A stretch of DNA of 64,000 nt from an uncultured Muribaculaceae bacterium. Its GTDB lineage: Bacteria; Bacillota_I; Bacilli_A; RF39; UBA660. The position numbers and the translations under genes were made by a program. Positions 18,710 to 29,579 of the stretch are shown one piece after another (position 1 is the stretch's first letter; every line of letters begins with the position of its first letter). The notes below the pieces were generated by a model that was given only the letters and a program-made list of their open reading frames with translations, searched no databases and had not been told where the DNA came from. The stretch lies in the NCBI GenBank assembly GCA_964425325.1, contig CAYRLX010000002.1, positions 14,611 through 78,610 of the forward strand, written 5' to 3'.

Positions 18710-19634
18710 ACTGTTTTATAACATCCTCTAAATAATCTCTTCCTTTTAAATCACTTATCCATTTACTAGCAGCGCCATCTAGACCGTACATAATACCGGC
18801 AATTCCGCCTACAATAGAACCAATTGTATCAGTGTCTCCACCTAGATTAATCGCACCTACTATACTTTCAGCAAAAGAAGAACAGTTAAGTATAACCCAT
18901 AAAGCAGTTTCTAAAGAATAAACTATATACCCTTCACTTTTTAAATCATCAACTCTTAGTTTAGCAATGTTAGTTTTTAACAATCTATTATAATACTCTA
19001 CTATATCAGGATCAAAATATAGAGAGTAATCATAACATTTAATCATATTATAACTAGCATATTTATCTTTACCATTAAGTAAAAACATTACATAAAGAGC
19101 GTATATAAAGCATCCAAGTACACTTACATCATGTGCATGCGTAATAGAAGAAGACTTTCTAACAACATTTAAAACCTCATCATCTTTTAAATTATTATAG
19201 TGGCAGTATAAGGCAATAGGAAGCATTCTCATAAGTGATCCATTACCATTATCATTAAGCTTATCTCCGCCACATAAAATAGGATTAACTCCTTCATTTA
19301 AATATTTCTCTAAAGCTATTTTAGTAGTATTTCCAATGTCAAAAGTAACGCCTGTTGCAGTATACTCACCCTTATTCATAAATAAGCAAAATCTATCTGC
19401 CATGTCTTTATAATCAAGCCTATTAGATTTTATAATAGAATCCATAGTTGCCAAAGTAAGAGAAGTATCATCAGACCAAACTCCCGCCGGCATATTATAT
19501 GTTCCCCCACCTATCATAGATGTTACTGGATTATCTAAAAGTTCTTCTCTTTTTTTAAATTCTATTGGAACCCCCATCGCATCTCCAATAGCTACTCCAA
19601 ATACTCCATCTTTTATTTTACTCATATTTTTCAC
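18681..19634 (-). CDS. ADP-ribosylglycohydrolase family protein
   Basis: N-terminal GVAIGDAMGVPIEF and C-terminal GGDTDTIGSIVGGIAG, the metal-binding signature of the ARH fold. Confidence 0.8.
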   Translation of the reverse strand: MKNMSKIKDGVFGVAIGDAMGVPIEFKKREELLDNPVTSMIGGGTYNMPAGVWSDDTSLTLATMDSIIKSNRLDYKDMADRFCLFMNKGEYTATGVTFDIGNTTKIALEKYLNEGVNPILCGGDKLNDNGNGSLMRMLPIALYCHYNNLKDDEVLNVVRKSSSITHAHDVSVLGCFIYALYVMFLLNGKDKYASYNMIKCYDYSLYFDPDIVEYYNRLLKTNIAKLRVDDLKSEGYIVYSLETALWVILNCSSFAESIVGAINLGGDTDTIGSIVGGIAGIMYGLDGAASKWISDLKGRDYLEDVIKQFEELLGVYE

Positions 19635-19699
19635 CCACCTAAATTATAACATAATAAAAGCAGGCTTAAAATTAAAACCCACTTACTTTAACGTTTACT

Positions 19700-20596
19700 T
19701 TACTTATAAATTAGTTTTTTTGAATTATTTAAAACACTATCTTTAAGCTCAGAATTATAAGTTTTAGAAAAAAGTCTCATATCGTCAACTATCATATAAA
19801 TAATCATTCTATCATCAATATTTTTAATTATAGAAAGTTCATCATAGTACTTTATTAAATAATTAAATATATTTTTAAAGTCTTCAACTTTTTGAAAAGG
19901 ATCCATCTCTTCATTAGCCCACTTCCAAGGTTTAAACTGACAGAAATATAAATATCTTAAATCATAATCAATAGGTCCATAAGATAAATCATTAAAATCA
20001 ATTAAATAAATTTTTCCATTATTATAAATAATATTGTCAAAATGCAAATCATTATGAATAGTAACAATTTTTTCATCTACAAAGTATCTATCTAAAATAT
20101 CAATAACCTTTTTTATAACATTTATCTCTTCACTATTAAAATACTTTTGACTTTTATTTAAATAATCTCTTAACTGACTTTTTAAAAAATTGGCAAAATT
20201 ATAATTTTTAATAGGCTTATGAAAATCTTTAAGAACATAAACCAACTTTTTTATAGTTTCCTCCCTAAGAGTTTCATTCATCTTATACCAATAATAGTAT
20301 AAAGACATGCCATCTATTTTTTCTATAATTTCATACACATAAGGAATTATAGATTTAGAATCATCATACTTATATAATTTACCTATATAATCACCTTTAT
20401 TTAACTTATAAAAATTTGCTTCTTTTTTAAACTTATCAGATAAATTATTATTAACACAAATTTTTATAATATACTTATCATCTACATTAAATAGTTTATT
20501 ATTAAAACCAGCACTTATTTCATATATTTTAGCTTGTTTATCAAAAATATCCTCATTACCTTTTATTATTTCTAAAGCATATTCCATATAATCCAT
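19700..20596 (-). CDS. phosphotransferase (APH/choline-kinase-like) family protein
   Basis: Brenner/catalytic motif HNDLHFDNIIY and the DFNDLSYGPIDYDL segment. Confidence 0.7.
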   Translation of the reverse strand: MDYMEYALEIIKGNEDIFDKQAKIYEISAGFNNKLFNVDDKYIIKICVNNNLSDKFKKEANFYKLNKGDYIGKLYKYDDSKSIIPYVYEIIEKIDGMSLYYYWYKMNETLREETIKKLVYVLKDFHKPIKNYNFANFLKSQLRDYLNKSQKYFNSEEINVIKKVIDILDRYFVDEKIVTIHNDLHFDNIIYNNGKIYLIDFNDLSYGPIDYDLRYLYFCQFKPWKWANEEMDPFQKVEDFKNIFNYLIKYYDELSIIKNIDDRMIIYMIVDDMRLFSKTYNSELKDSVLNNSKKLIYK

Positions 20597-20643
20597 AAAT
20601 TAACCACCAAAAAAATTATAACAAAAAAAGTAGGAAAAACCTA

Positions 20644-22563
20644 CTAATTAAATAAACTAATTATTGAATCTTTATTTAAATTATTAATACTTAAATCAAT
20701 ATCAGCATCTTCCCTTTTATCTACCATTATTGCACCAGATTTTACTAAGAAATCCTTTAAAAAGCATCTATTTTCACTATCATACAACGTAAACTCTCTT
20801 AAAATATTTTCTACATCATTATTAAATGACACACTTCTATTTGATGTGCATAAATCAGTAAATACAAGTTTTATATCATCATTTACGATAATATTTCCAA
20901 TAGAATGTTCAGCCATTCCTTTTTGAAGCTTATTACCAGGAATCCTTAAAATTATATTATTAGGATTAACTATATAATTTTTACATATATCATCTTTAGA
21001 TGCTTTTGCGATTATAAATTCAAATTCGCACCCTTCTACATAACTTGTAAAATTATTAACCTTTAAACTAAAAATAGTATCATCTACACTTTTATCTATA
21101 TAAATGTATTCAGATGCACCATTAGGTTTAGGAGCTGCAGTCACATCACCAGAAAATATAAGCTTATCTTCCTTTTTATAATTAGTATTCCATCCAATAG
21201 AATAATCATTAGAAATTATTTTTAAATCTAAATCAATTCTATCATCAGTATCAAACCAGTGAATACCGACAATTAAATTATCCTTATCAAAACAAATACT
21301 TGATCCAAATGGAATGTTACCCATAAACTGTTTTTCAGATTGAGGAAGAACTAAATTTACTTTATCATCTAAATATATCTTTTTAGAAGAAACATTTTTC
21401 TTTAATATACTTACTATATAATCTTCTAAAATAGTTAAAACATCTTTAGAAATATCTTTATTACTATCCTTCTCACATACCCAAGCTTTTCCATTTCTAA
21501 TTTTGTATACTCTATTAATTCCTTTATCATTTAAATAATTAAGTATCCTGATAGCTCTAAAAACCCCGGCTTCTTTTAATTTTTCTTTTAAAATAACATC
21601 AAAATCATTTTTATCTTTATTAAACTTCACCCAATCACAAAACATATCTAAATCATTTTTTTGAAAAGGTTTGTGATATTTTTTACTCAAATGACTTATC
21701 TTATTAATATAACTATTTAACTTCTTACAGTCTTCAGAATAATAATCTTCAATTTCATCTTCATCTAGATAAAACTGACCTAATTCAGATATATCAGTTT
21801 TTAAAGACAAAAACAAAGGTTTAAATCTATTAAAAATTTGAGCAAGCCCAGTAAGACCATAATTATCCTTATATCTATTTATTAAAATATAAGCTTTAGT
21901 CTTATTAGAAGATTTTAAAGAGCCCATAGTATCATCATCTTTTATAAGAAGAGAACTTCCAGTTAATTTATAAAGTAAATATCTCAAAAACTCTTCTGGA
22001 TTTTCAGGAACAATAGAAAGTTTATCATACATCCTAACCCTAAATTCCTTATTTTTAATTTTTGAAATATTATCTTTATCTATACCCATATAAGAAGAAA
22101 GCTCTTCCATATTTTCTAAAGTATCACGGGAAAGTGCTATACCACTTTCACATAAATTCCATAGTTTTCTTTTAAGATCATTAAAACTTATTTTTTTAAT
22201 AAAAATAAAATTATATCCATCTTCTAAGTCTGGAACGTCAAGCATTTCTGATGGAATATAAACAGTCCCATCTTTTATACCCAAAGTTTCATATCCATAA
22301 GTAGTAAAATAATGAACTAACTGCTCTATAACTAATTTTTCTATAGAAGAAGAAGTAACTTTTTCAAAAGATTTATGAAAAGTCTGATTAATTAAAAAGC
22401 CGTCTACTCCCCATATTTTAATGGCTTTTTCTTTTACATCTTTAGGAGCATTCTTGTCGATAATAATGCCCTTTTTTAAAGCATCTTTATCAACTTCAAA
22501 TTCTTTCTCACTATCACCTATATAAGATTTAAAAAGTTTAATTATTGAATATACCTCATTCAT
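20644..22563 (-). CDS. hypothetical protein (639 aa)
   Basis: Long ORF with no recognised motif. Confidence 0.5.
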   Translation of the reverse strand: MNEVYSIIKLFKSYIGDSEKEFEVDKDALKKGIIIDKNAPKDVKEKAIKIWGVDGFLINQTFHKSFEKVTSSSIEKLVIEQLVHYFTTYGYETLGIKDGTVYIPSEMLDVPDLEDGYNFIFIKKISFNDLKRKLWNLCESGIALSRDTLENMEELSSYMGIDKDNISKIKNKEFRVRMYDKLSIVPENPEEFLRYLLYKLTGSSLLIKDDDTMGSLKSSNKTKAYILINRYKDNYGLTGLAQIFNRFKPLFLSLKTDISELGQFYLDEDEIEDYYSEDCKKLNSYINKISHLSKKYHKPFQKNDLDMFCDWVKFNKDKNDFDVILKEKLKEAGVFRAIRILNYLNDKGINRVYKIRNGKAWVCEKDSNKDISKDVLTILEDYIVSILKKNVSSKKIYLDDKVNLVLPQSEKQFMGNIPFGSSICFDKDNLIVGIHWFDTDDRIDLDLKIISNDYSIGWNTNYKKEDKLIFSGDVTAAPKPNGASEYIYIDKSVDDTIFSLKVNNFTSYVEGCEFEFIIAKASKDDICKNYIVNPNNIILRIPGNKLQKGMAEHSIGNIIVNDDIKLVFTDLCTSNRSVSFNNDVENILREFTLYDSENRCFLKDFLVKSGAIMVDKREDADIDLSINNLNKDSIISLFN

Positions 22564-22654
22564 AAAAAACCTCCAAAAAAAGGAGGCGAGTAGTAAATTA
22601 AATTATCTGAAAATAGGAACTACTTTTGCCTCCAACACAATTATAACACATTTT

Positions 22655-23023
22655 TTATTTAATTTCACTTTTTATCCATTTAATTATAACAGAAACTATA
22701 TAATTTACTTCTTTCTCATTAAGCTCTTTATTTTTTTCTATTCCGTGCCATTTATAAAGGCAGCCTCTGCAGCACGTTCCAGTTGCATGCTGTGAAATAA
22801 AAACCGGATGAACTTGTCTCATAGGAGTCTGCTTTCCATCATTTAAAATTATCTTAGGTTTTAACCTAGTATTTACAAAATCATAAGCATGCTCTCTTAT
22901 AACATCAATTCCTTTTATCTTAACATATTCCTTCATTTTTTTATTAAGATGAAAACTACTTCTAAATTTAGATTTATTTAATTTATAAAATAAAATATTC
23001 AAATTATTATACATATAAATCAA
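22655..23023 (-). CDS. small Cys-rich protein (DUF4186-like)
   Basis: TGTCCRGCLYKWHG segment in a 122-aa ORF. Overlaps the CinA-like gene by 17 nt. Confidence 0.4.
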   Translation of the reverse strand: MIYMYNNLNILFYKLNKSKFRSSFHLNKKMKEYVKIKGIDVIREHAYDFVNTRLKPKIILNDGKQTPMRQVHPVFISQHATGTCCRGCLYKWHGIEKNKELNEKEVNYIVSVIIKWIKSEIK

Positions 23024-23483
23024 GCTTTGATACTATAAATTCAAGTACTTCTTTTTTATCATCTACCCTATCACTACTATCTACATAAGTATTTAAATCT
23101 ATATAATTATCATTTTCCTTATCATAAATACAAATAAATACTCTGTTATTATCACCTGATAAATTATTAGGATCCACTTCACCTAATTTTCCAGTTATTC
23201 CAATACCAAAATCACTAGCTGTAAAATTAGAAATAGCCTTGGCCATTTCTCTTGCAGTCTCCATACTATAAACAGAATATTTTTCAATAACTTCACTAGA
23301 TACACCCATTTTAATTTTATATTCGTTAGAATATGTTACTGCCCCATATTTAAATACTGCACTTGCCCCACTAATATCAGTAATTAAACTAGCAAGAGCT
23401 CCGCCTGTACAAGACTCCATTGTACTAATAGTTTTATTATTTTCTTTTAACTTAGATATTATTTTTTTTAGTTTTCTTCTCAT
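23007..23483 (-). CDS. CinA C-terminal domain protein (PncC-type NMN amidohydrolase family)
   Basis: TISTMESCTGGALASLITDISGAS and YSNEYKIKMGV match the CinA C-domain consensus. Confidence 0.75.
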   Translation of the reverse strand: MRRKLKKIISKLKENNKTISTMESCTGGALASLITDISGASAVFKYGAVTYSNEYKIKMGVSSEVIEKYSVYSMETAREMAKAISNFTASDFGIGITGKLGEVDPNNLSGDNNRVFICIYDKENDNYIDLNTYVDSSDRVDDKKEVLEFIVSKLDLYV

Positions 23484-23507
23484 AAAACACTCCTCATTTA
23501 AAAAGAT

Positions 23508-24803
23508 TTAAATTTTCTTATTTAAACCTTTCATACCATTTTTTATAGATTCGATTAATTCCTTATTCTTAATTTTTACTATGTCGTAGTCGTTCCCTGG
23601 ATCAACTATTATAGAAGAAGTATTATCTCCAATTTCAGACTCATCACGAACAAATGCCATATAAATAATGTCATGTTCACTTTGCATATTATATCTATTA
23701 TTTATATCATCTAATATTTTACCACTTTCCAAATTCATTGAAATCATAACTATATAACCATACTGTTTTAAAGTATTTCCAATAGAATTTATCATATTGA
23801 TAAAATCTAAAAGCTTAATATCACTATCTCTATTTTTTAAAACATAATTATTATCTATAGAATAAATAACAAGCCCAGAAAAACTATCATCGCATTTACT
23901 TAACATTCTTAAAATTCTTTTAATCTCGATTGCCGCTATATGTTCATTATTAGCCCCGCCATAGATAAATGCCCCAGTATTAAACCCTTCATTTTGACAT
24001 TTATAAGCATTTTCTAAAAATATATCCTCTTCCTTAGGAGCCAAAGTATTCATACAAGTAAGCACTACAATATCAGTTTTACTATCTCTAAGCTTACTTA
24101 TATCCATATTATCTAGCTTGTCACCATCGGAAACTTTTTGAATAACCATGTCTCTTTCAACTAAAGTAGGCTCGCCTTTATTAAAAACAACTCTATAATT
24201 GTTAAAAGTATTTCTATTAGGGTTTTTATCAGGTTTTTTATCACTTGCTTCTATGATAGATTTAATGTATTTTCTTTCATCAGGAATAACTATCTCACTA
24301 GGTTCTTTCAAACTAACACTGCTTTTCTTAAAACTAATTCCTTCCTCTTCTTGCCTAGGAGAATTAATATAATTCTTAATATAATTATTCTTAGCAGTAA
24401 CATACTCATCAAATATTCTATCAAGTCCTTTAGCATATTCTGCATCTTCCTCATTAAATCTAGGCCAAACAATAACTTTTCCGTTTAAAAGCCAGTTATT
24501 ATTATTATTATTTTCTATAAACTTATTTTCACGGCACGCATTATTAATAACACTCTCTAAGTAATCTAAAGCAAAGTTATAAACTCTTATCCAAGACCCA
24601 AAATAATCAGGATCTCCCTTAGGAGGAATATTTACTATATTAACTGATGAGGAGCCAAATTTTTTAATAAAAACTTCTCTCTCTCTAGTAGCTAAATATT
24701 TGTTAGCTTTTATCTGTGAATTAATCCAAATAAAATGATCAGGATATAAATTAGTTATTCTATTACGTGCTCTAGCCCCATTATTTTCTTGAACTAACAT
24801 CAC
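23508..24803 (-). CDS. hypothetical protein (431 aa)
   Basis: Long ORF that opens the operon. No recognised motif. Confidence 0.5.
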   Translation of the reverse strand: MMLVQENNGARARNRITNLYPDHFIWINSQIKANKYLATREREVFIKKFGSSSVNIVNIPPKGDPDYFGSWIRVYNFALDYLESVINNACRENKFIENNNNNNWLLNGKVIVWPRFNEEDAEYAKGLDRIFDEYVTAKNNYIKNYINSPRQEEEGISFKKSSVSLKEPSEIVIPDERKYIKSIIEASDKKPDKNPNRNTFNNYRVVFNKGEPTLVERDMVIQKVSDGDKLDNMDISKLRDSKTDIVVLTCMNTLAPKEEDIFLENAYKCQNEGFNTGAFIYGGANNEHIAAIEIKRILRMLSKCDDSFSGLVIYSIDNNYVLKNRDSDIKLLDFINMINSIGNTLKQYGYIVMISMNLESGKILDDINNRYNMQSEHDIIYMAFVRDESEIGDNTSSIIVDPGNDYDIVKIKNKELIESIKNGMKGLNKKI

Positions 24804-24872
24804 ATCACCTACGATCTACTATAAAAATTATACATCTTTAAAATATACTATGTCAATAATTGTAAAGTAAAT

Positions 24873-27185
24873 TTACCATTTAATTTTCTCACTTAACTTA
24901 TAAAATAAATCCGTAAAAAAGTTAAACATCATAACAGAGATAGAAAAAAGACCAGCTACTAATAATATTAACATTGGAGTAAGAACAGTAAGTGAGAAAA
25001 ATTCCCTCATAAAAATAATTTCAAATACAAAAATACTTACTAAAGAATAAAATAAGATCCTTCTATTTCTATTAAAAGGTACACTTATCCTATATAAAAG
25101 CATAAAGCCTATTATAGCTGTCATAATAACACATAAAGTTGAAACTTCATCTTCTGTTAACCTAATAAAAGAAGGTAAAATCATTATTAAAAGAATATTA
25201 CTTACAATTGTTAAAGCTGTTGGAATAGACCTTTTTAAAACATTTACTATAATCTTTCCATTAATCCTATCATTATTAGGCTCTAAAGCTAAAATAAATG
25301 AAGGAATACCAATAGTTACCATACTAGTTAAAGTAAGCTGAATAGGAATAAAAGGGTAAGCTCTACCTAAAAAAGTAAAAATAATTGCAAGTATAGTTGC
25401 ATAAGTTGTTTTACATAAAAACAGTGACGAAGACCTTTGAATATTATTAATACTTCTTCTTCCCTCAGAAACAACCTTAGGCATAGATGAAAAATTATCA
25501 TCGAGTAGTACTAGCTGAGATACATTTCTGGCAGCATCACTACCACTGTTCATAGCAACTGAGCAGTCAGCTTCTTTTAAAGCAAGAACGTCATTAACCC
25601 CATCTCCAGTCATCGCAACAGTATGTCCATGAGCCTTTAGAGCAAGAATTATTTCCTTTTTCTGATCAGGTTTAACCCTACCAAAAATATTATAATCTTC
25701 TACTATATCAGAAATATTACTATCACATTTACTCATATCTATATATTTAACATTTTCAAATCCGACTCTTTTAGCAATATAAGAAACAGTAAGAGGATTA
25801 TCACCTGATATTATTTTTAAATCAACTCCCTCTTCCTTAAAATACCTTAAAGTAGCTCTAGCATCTCTTCTTATTTTATCACTTATAACTATTAAAGCCA
25901 TAGGCTCTATTTCAGTAGGAAGTTTCTTATTTATTTTTTTACTGCTCCTGCATAGTAATACCACTCTATTACTTATATAATCATCCATCTCTTTTATTTT
26001 TTTATCATAAATTACATCAGGAGCACCTAAAATAAAAGTTTCATTTTCAAAAGAAATTCCAGACCACTTATTCTTAGAAGAAAATGGCATAATTTCTAAA
26101 ACTTTATAATTGTTTTTTCTAGCGTATTTATCACTAATAGCTTTCATAGTCTGATTATCATCTTTCATATGATAACTTATTATTCCAAGACTATCAGTTA
26201 TATCACTCATTAAAACACCATTTAAAGGAACTATTTTAGAAACTTCCATCTCACCTTCAGTAATAGTTCCAGTTTTATCTAAACAAATAGTATCTACCCT
26301 AGCCAAAGTTTCAATACAGTATAATTCTTGCACTAAAACATTATATTTTGCAAGCCTCATAACACTAATAGCAAGTACACTACTAGTAAGCAAAACAAGA
26401 CCTTCTGGTATCATACCAATTAAAGCAGCAACAGTTGAAACAACCGCCTCTTCATAATTAGACTCACCTAATTGATTCATAAACAAAAATATCCCAATAG
26501 GTACAATCATAATAGAAATATATTTAATAATTTTATTAATAAAATTTAAAATTTCAGAGTTAACTTTTTTAATATACTTAGCTTCATTGGCAATCTTAGA
26601 TGCATAATTATCTTTTCCAACATGAATAGCTTCTGCAAGACAATTACCACTTACAATAAAACTGCCAGAATAAAGTTCATCGCCCTCTTTTTTTAATATA
26701 GACTCTTCTTCTCCAGTTAAAAGAGATTCATTTACCAAGACTTCACCTGATAAAACTCTAGAATCAGTAGGTATTTGACTGCCACTTTTAAATTTTATAA
26801 CATCACCAAGAACTATATCATAAATACCTATTTTATATGTTTTTCCTTCTCTAATTACAGATGCCTTACTTTCATTTAATAAAGAAAGTTTATCAACAGT
26901 AAGTTTACTTCTTATCTCTTGAAAAGTACTTATTAAAGTATTACAAAAAACCACACCTAAAAAAAGCAAATTCTTATAAGATCCAACAAAAAAAATAGCT
27001 AAAGCAAGACCTAAATTCAAAATATTAAATAAAGTAATAAAATTACCTCTAATTATTTGACCTATAGATTTTGTCTTAACATCAGACTTATAATTAACTA
27101 AACCTTTTTCTCTTAAAAATTCTACTTTTTCTAAACTAAGTCCTTTAATCTTTTCCATTTTAATCCCTCTATATGATTTTAACAC
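24873..27185 (-). CDS. cation-transporting P-type ATPase (HAD-type, Ca/Mg-like)
   Basis: Phosphorylation motif CLDKTGTITEG, hinge TGDGVNDVLALKEAD, about 8 TM segments. Confidence 0.85.
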   Translation of the reverse strand: MLKSYRGIKMEKIKGLSLEKVEFLREKGLVNYKSDVKTKSIGQIIRGNFITLFNILNLGLALAIFFVGSYKNLLFLGVVFCNTLISTFQEIRSKLTVDKLSLLNESKASVIREGKTYKIGIYDIVLGDVIKFKSGSQIPTDSRVLSGEVLVNESLLTGEEESILKKEGDELYSGSFIVSGNCLAEAIHVGKDNYASKIANEAKYIKKVNSEILNFINKIIKYISIMIVPIGIFLFMNQLGESNYEEAVVSTVAALIGMIPEGLVLLTSSVLAISVMRLAKYNVLVQELYCIETLARVDTICLDKTGTITEGEMEVSKIVPLNGVLMSDITDSLGIISYHMKDDNQTMKAISDKYARKNNYKVLEIMPFSSKNKWSGISFENETFILGAPDVIYDKKIKEMDDYISNRVVLLCRSSKKINKKLPTEIEPMALIVISDKIRRDARATLRYFKEEGVDLKIISGDNPLTVSYIAKRVGFENVKYIDMSKCDSNISDIVEDYNIFGRVKPDQKKEIILALKAHGHTVAMTGDGVNDVLALKEADCSVAMNSGSDAARNVSQLVLLDDNFSSMPKVVSEGRRSINNIQRSSSLFLCKTTYATILAIIFTFLGRAYPFIPIQLTLTSMVTIGIPSFILALEPNNDRINGKIIVNVLKRSIPTALTIVSNILLIMILPSFIRLTEDEVSTLCVIMTAIIGFMLLYRISVPFNRNRRILFYSLVSIFVFEIIFMREFFSLTVLTPMLILLVAGLFSISVMMFNFFTDLFYKLSEKIKW

Positions 27186-27272
27186 AAATAAACTATTCTT
27201 AAAACACTTGCTTACCCTATTTTTAGAATTTTTTCTTTACAAGATAAATAAAATATTATATAATGTGAATGT

Positions 27273-27347
27273 GCAGCTGTAGTACAACGGTTAGTATGTG
27301 GCCTTGCCAAGGCTAAGATGCCAGTTCGATTCTGGTCAGTTGCTCCA
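27273..27347 (+). tRNA. tRNA-Gly (anticodon GCC)
   Basis: gcagctgtagtacaacggttagtatgtggccttgccaaggctaagatgccagttcgattctggtcagttgctcca has anticodon loop uuGCCaa. It is followed by the terminator aaacccttgattttaaaagggtttttt. Confidence 0.85.
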
Positions 27348-27525
27348 TTAAAAATACAAACCCTTGATTTTAAAAGGGTTTTTTATATTATATTTTTCAC
27401 TTTGTATTTTCATTTTTTATATTTTCGTATATTTAGAATACAGATTACAATCCTCTAATTAGAAACTATTTATAAACTGTCCAACTTTTGGGGTTCAGTT
27501 CAAACTCCAATATCATCTTTTTGAA

Positions 27526-28830
27526 TTATCTTCTTCTCTGTGAATTTTCTGACAAATTATATTCTTCTTCAAGCTCCTGAAGTAATCTTTTCTTAGCTTC
27601 TTCAGAAAAACGTGCTCGCAATATTCTTGCCTTTTCTTCCTCGTACTTATCTTTCTCTTCGTCAATTTCTCTTGATTGCTCCACTTGTTGTTTCTTAGAT
27701 TCTTGCTGTAAACTTTCAATGAAATCTTCAACACTTACCACTTTAATATCATCTGCTTGAAACTGACAGTATTTTTTAAACATAATATCAAGTTTTTCTC
27801 CAAAAATATTATTTATTTCATCCAAATTGTATAATTTTTTAATATTATTAATAATAATAGTTATATCATCTTGAGATATGTATCTATTCTTTAAGTCGAT
27901 TTCTAAATTATCTAAAAAACTAGTCGCAGAAGCATATTCAATAAAATCATCTAATTTATCCCGTTTTCCTTTTTTCAAGCCTTCATACACATCATTTATA
28001 TTAATAATTTCATTATTTTCATAAATTTCATCATCTGTAAATGGAACAAGTTCAAATTTTTCTTCTTCTGGCTCATCAGTTAAGTCATGATGTGGATCAT
28101 CATAAAAATTAGGACTTGCTCCAAAAAAATCAGGAGAAATTCCTCCATTTTCATCTTTATTGCTACAAGCACCTGTTAATTCAATGCCTCTTGGCTTCCC
28201 ATCTAAAATAACAATATTCCAAGCATGACAGGATTTATGACTCATTTGATAAAAACAAGGTACATTAATTCTATCCATAGTTTCTTTAAAAACTAGCGAA
28301 AATCCAGCACATATAAGTTTTCCATATAATAAGCCTCTTAAACAATCTATAACCGATTTACCATTTTCAGTTTTAGACTCATTTTTATATCGATAGTGTA
28401 AATTGCGCGCTAAAGTCTTAAAAATATATAAGCTTTTTTGCGTATCTGTCCAATTAGGCTTTATTTTACTTTCTATCTTTTCAAAATACTCTATAATAGG
28501 AATTAATTCCAATGGCTTATATAAAGTATCATTAAAATATCTTTCATAATATTTTTGATATTTAGTTTTTTCGATGTAATCTAATCCTCCTTTTATACTT
28601 ATAGTAACCTTATCACTTATTTTTTTTAACATATCCGGTTTTATATCTTTAGTATTGTCAAATATTAATAGTAATTCTCTATTGAATGAGTTTATTTTTT
28701 CTACATCTTCTTCTGTAAGCACACCGCTAACTAAATACGCGTCATCTAATGAGAAGCCATAATTTGCTCTAACCAATTCTTTACCTTTACTAAATTGCTC
28801 AGGGCAATTCCACTTTTTAAAACTAGCCAT
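27526..28830 (-). CDS. transglutaminase-like cysteine peptidase domain protein
   Basis: G.C..F motif GKLICAGFSLVF, then CHAWNIVILDG, giving a Cys-His-Asp arrangement. Acidic coiled-coil tail. Confidence 0.5.
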   Translation of the reverse strand: MASFKKWNCPEQFSKGKELVRANYGFSLDDAYLVSGVLTEEDVEKINSFNRELLLIFDNTKDIKPDMLKKISDKVTISIKGGLDYIEKTKYQKYYERYFNDTLYKPLELIPIIEYFEKIESKIKPNWTDTQKSLYIFKTLARNLHYRYKNESKTENGKSVIDCLRGLLYGKLICAGFSLVFKETMDRINVPCFYQMSHKSCHAWNIVILDGKPRGIELTGACSNKDENGGISPDFFGASPNFYDDPHHDLTDEPEEEKFELVPFTDDEIYENNEIININDVYEGLKKGKRDKLDDFIEYASATSFLDNLEIDLKNRYISQDDITIIINNIKKLYNLDEINNIFGEKLDIMFKKYCQFQADDIKVVSVEDFIESLQQESKKQQVEQSREIDEEKDKYEEEKARILRARFSEEAKKRLLQELEEEYNLSENSQRRR

Positions 28831-29428
28831 TATTATTCACCTCAAATTTTACAAACTCATTATGTTCCATTACTATTATTTTCGATACATTTTTCATTAA
28901 TTCTTTATACCTATTATATTGATTTTCATTAACAACTAAGTCTTTAATATTAGAAATAAGTAAAAAATTAGTATTTGTGATAGTTGCTCTAGAAATATTT
29001 AATTCATCTACATTAATAGAAAAAACGTCATCTATTTTTATATTTACAAATTCGACATATTTATAATGATGATTGTTAAACAGTTTAAAATCAATAATTA
29101 CATTATTAAAAATTAAAGACTCAATTTTTTCATTTTGAAAAATTTTAATGGGACTATTTATAAATTTACAATTTTCTAAAATTAAGTTTTTGATATTTAA
29201 GGCTAAAATAATTTGTAAAAGATTATCATCAATTTCAAATCCATTTACAGTAAGAGTTTCTAACCCCGGTAAATTAAGTAGCTCATTAAAAATAACAATA
29301 TTTGCATTTCCAATAACATCATATTTATCAAGTCGTAATTCTTTTATCTTTTCTAACTCTTCTTTAGAATATTCATTTTTAACACCAAATTTTAATTCTA
29401 ACAAATCATTAATTATCTTTGTTTTCAT
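28823..29428 (-). CDS. hypothetical leucine-rich-repeat-like protein (201 aa)
   Basis: Repeated L..L.L.N / I..N..I segments. Overlaps the upstream ORF by 8 nt. Confidence 0.45.
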   Translation of the reverse strand: MKTKIINDLLELKFGVKNEYSKEELEKIKELRLDKYDVIGNANIVIFNELLNLPGLETLTVNGFEIDDNLLQIILALNIKNLILENCKFINSPIKIFQNEKIESLIFNNVIIDFKLFNNHHYKYVEFVNIKIDDVFSINVDELNISRATITNTNFLLISNIKDLVVNENQYNRYKELMKNVSKIIVMEHNEFVKFEVNNNG

Positions 29429-29504
29429 ATTTTTTCACCTACTTTAAATAGATTATATCAGAATTAAGCAAATTTATAAATAAAATATTATATAATTAAA
29501 GTGT

Positions 29505-29579
29505 GCAGCTGTAATACAACGGTTAGTATATGGCCTTGCCAAGGCTAAGATGTCAATTCGATTCTGGTCACTTGCTCCA
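29505..29579 (+). tRNA. Degenerate second copy of tRNA-Gly(GCC). It has acceptor and T-stem mismatches and is likely a pseudo-tRNA.
   Basis: 5 substitutions relative to 27273-27347, including a C-C mismatch at acceptor pair 5-68 and a weakened T-stem. The upstream aaatattatataat promoter segment is duplicated as well. Confidence 0.55.

Noticed and set aside
27513-27734. 73-aa ORF overlapping the 3' end of the 434-aa gene in another frame
   Set aside because: Entirely nested in the longer, better-supported ORF.
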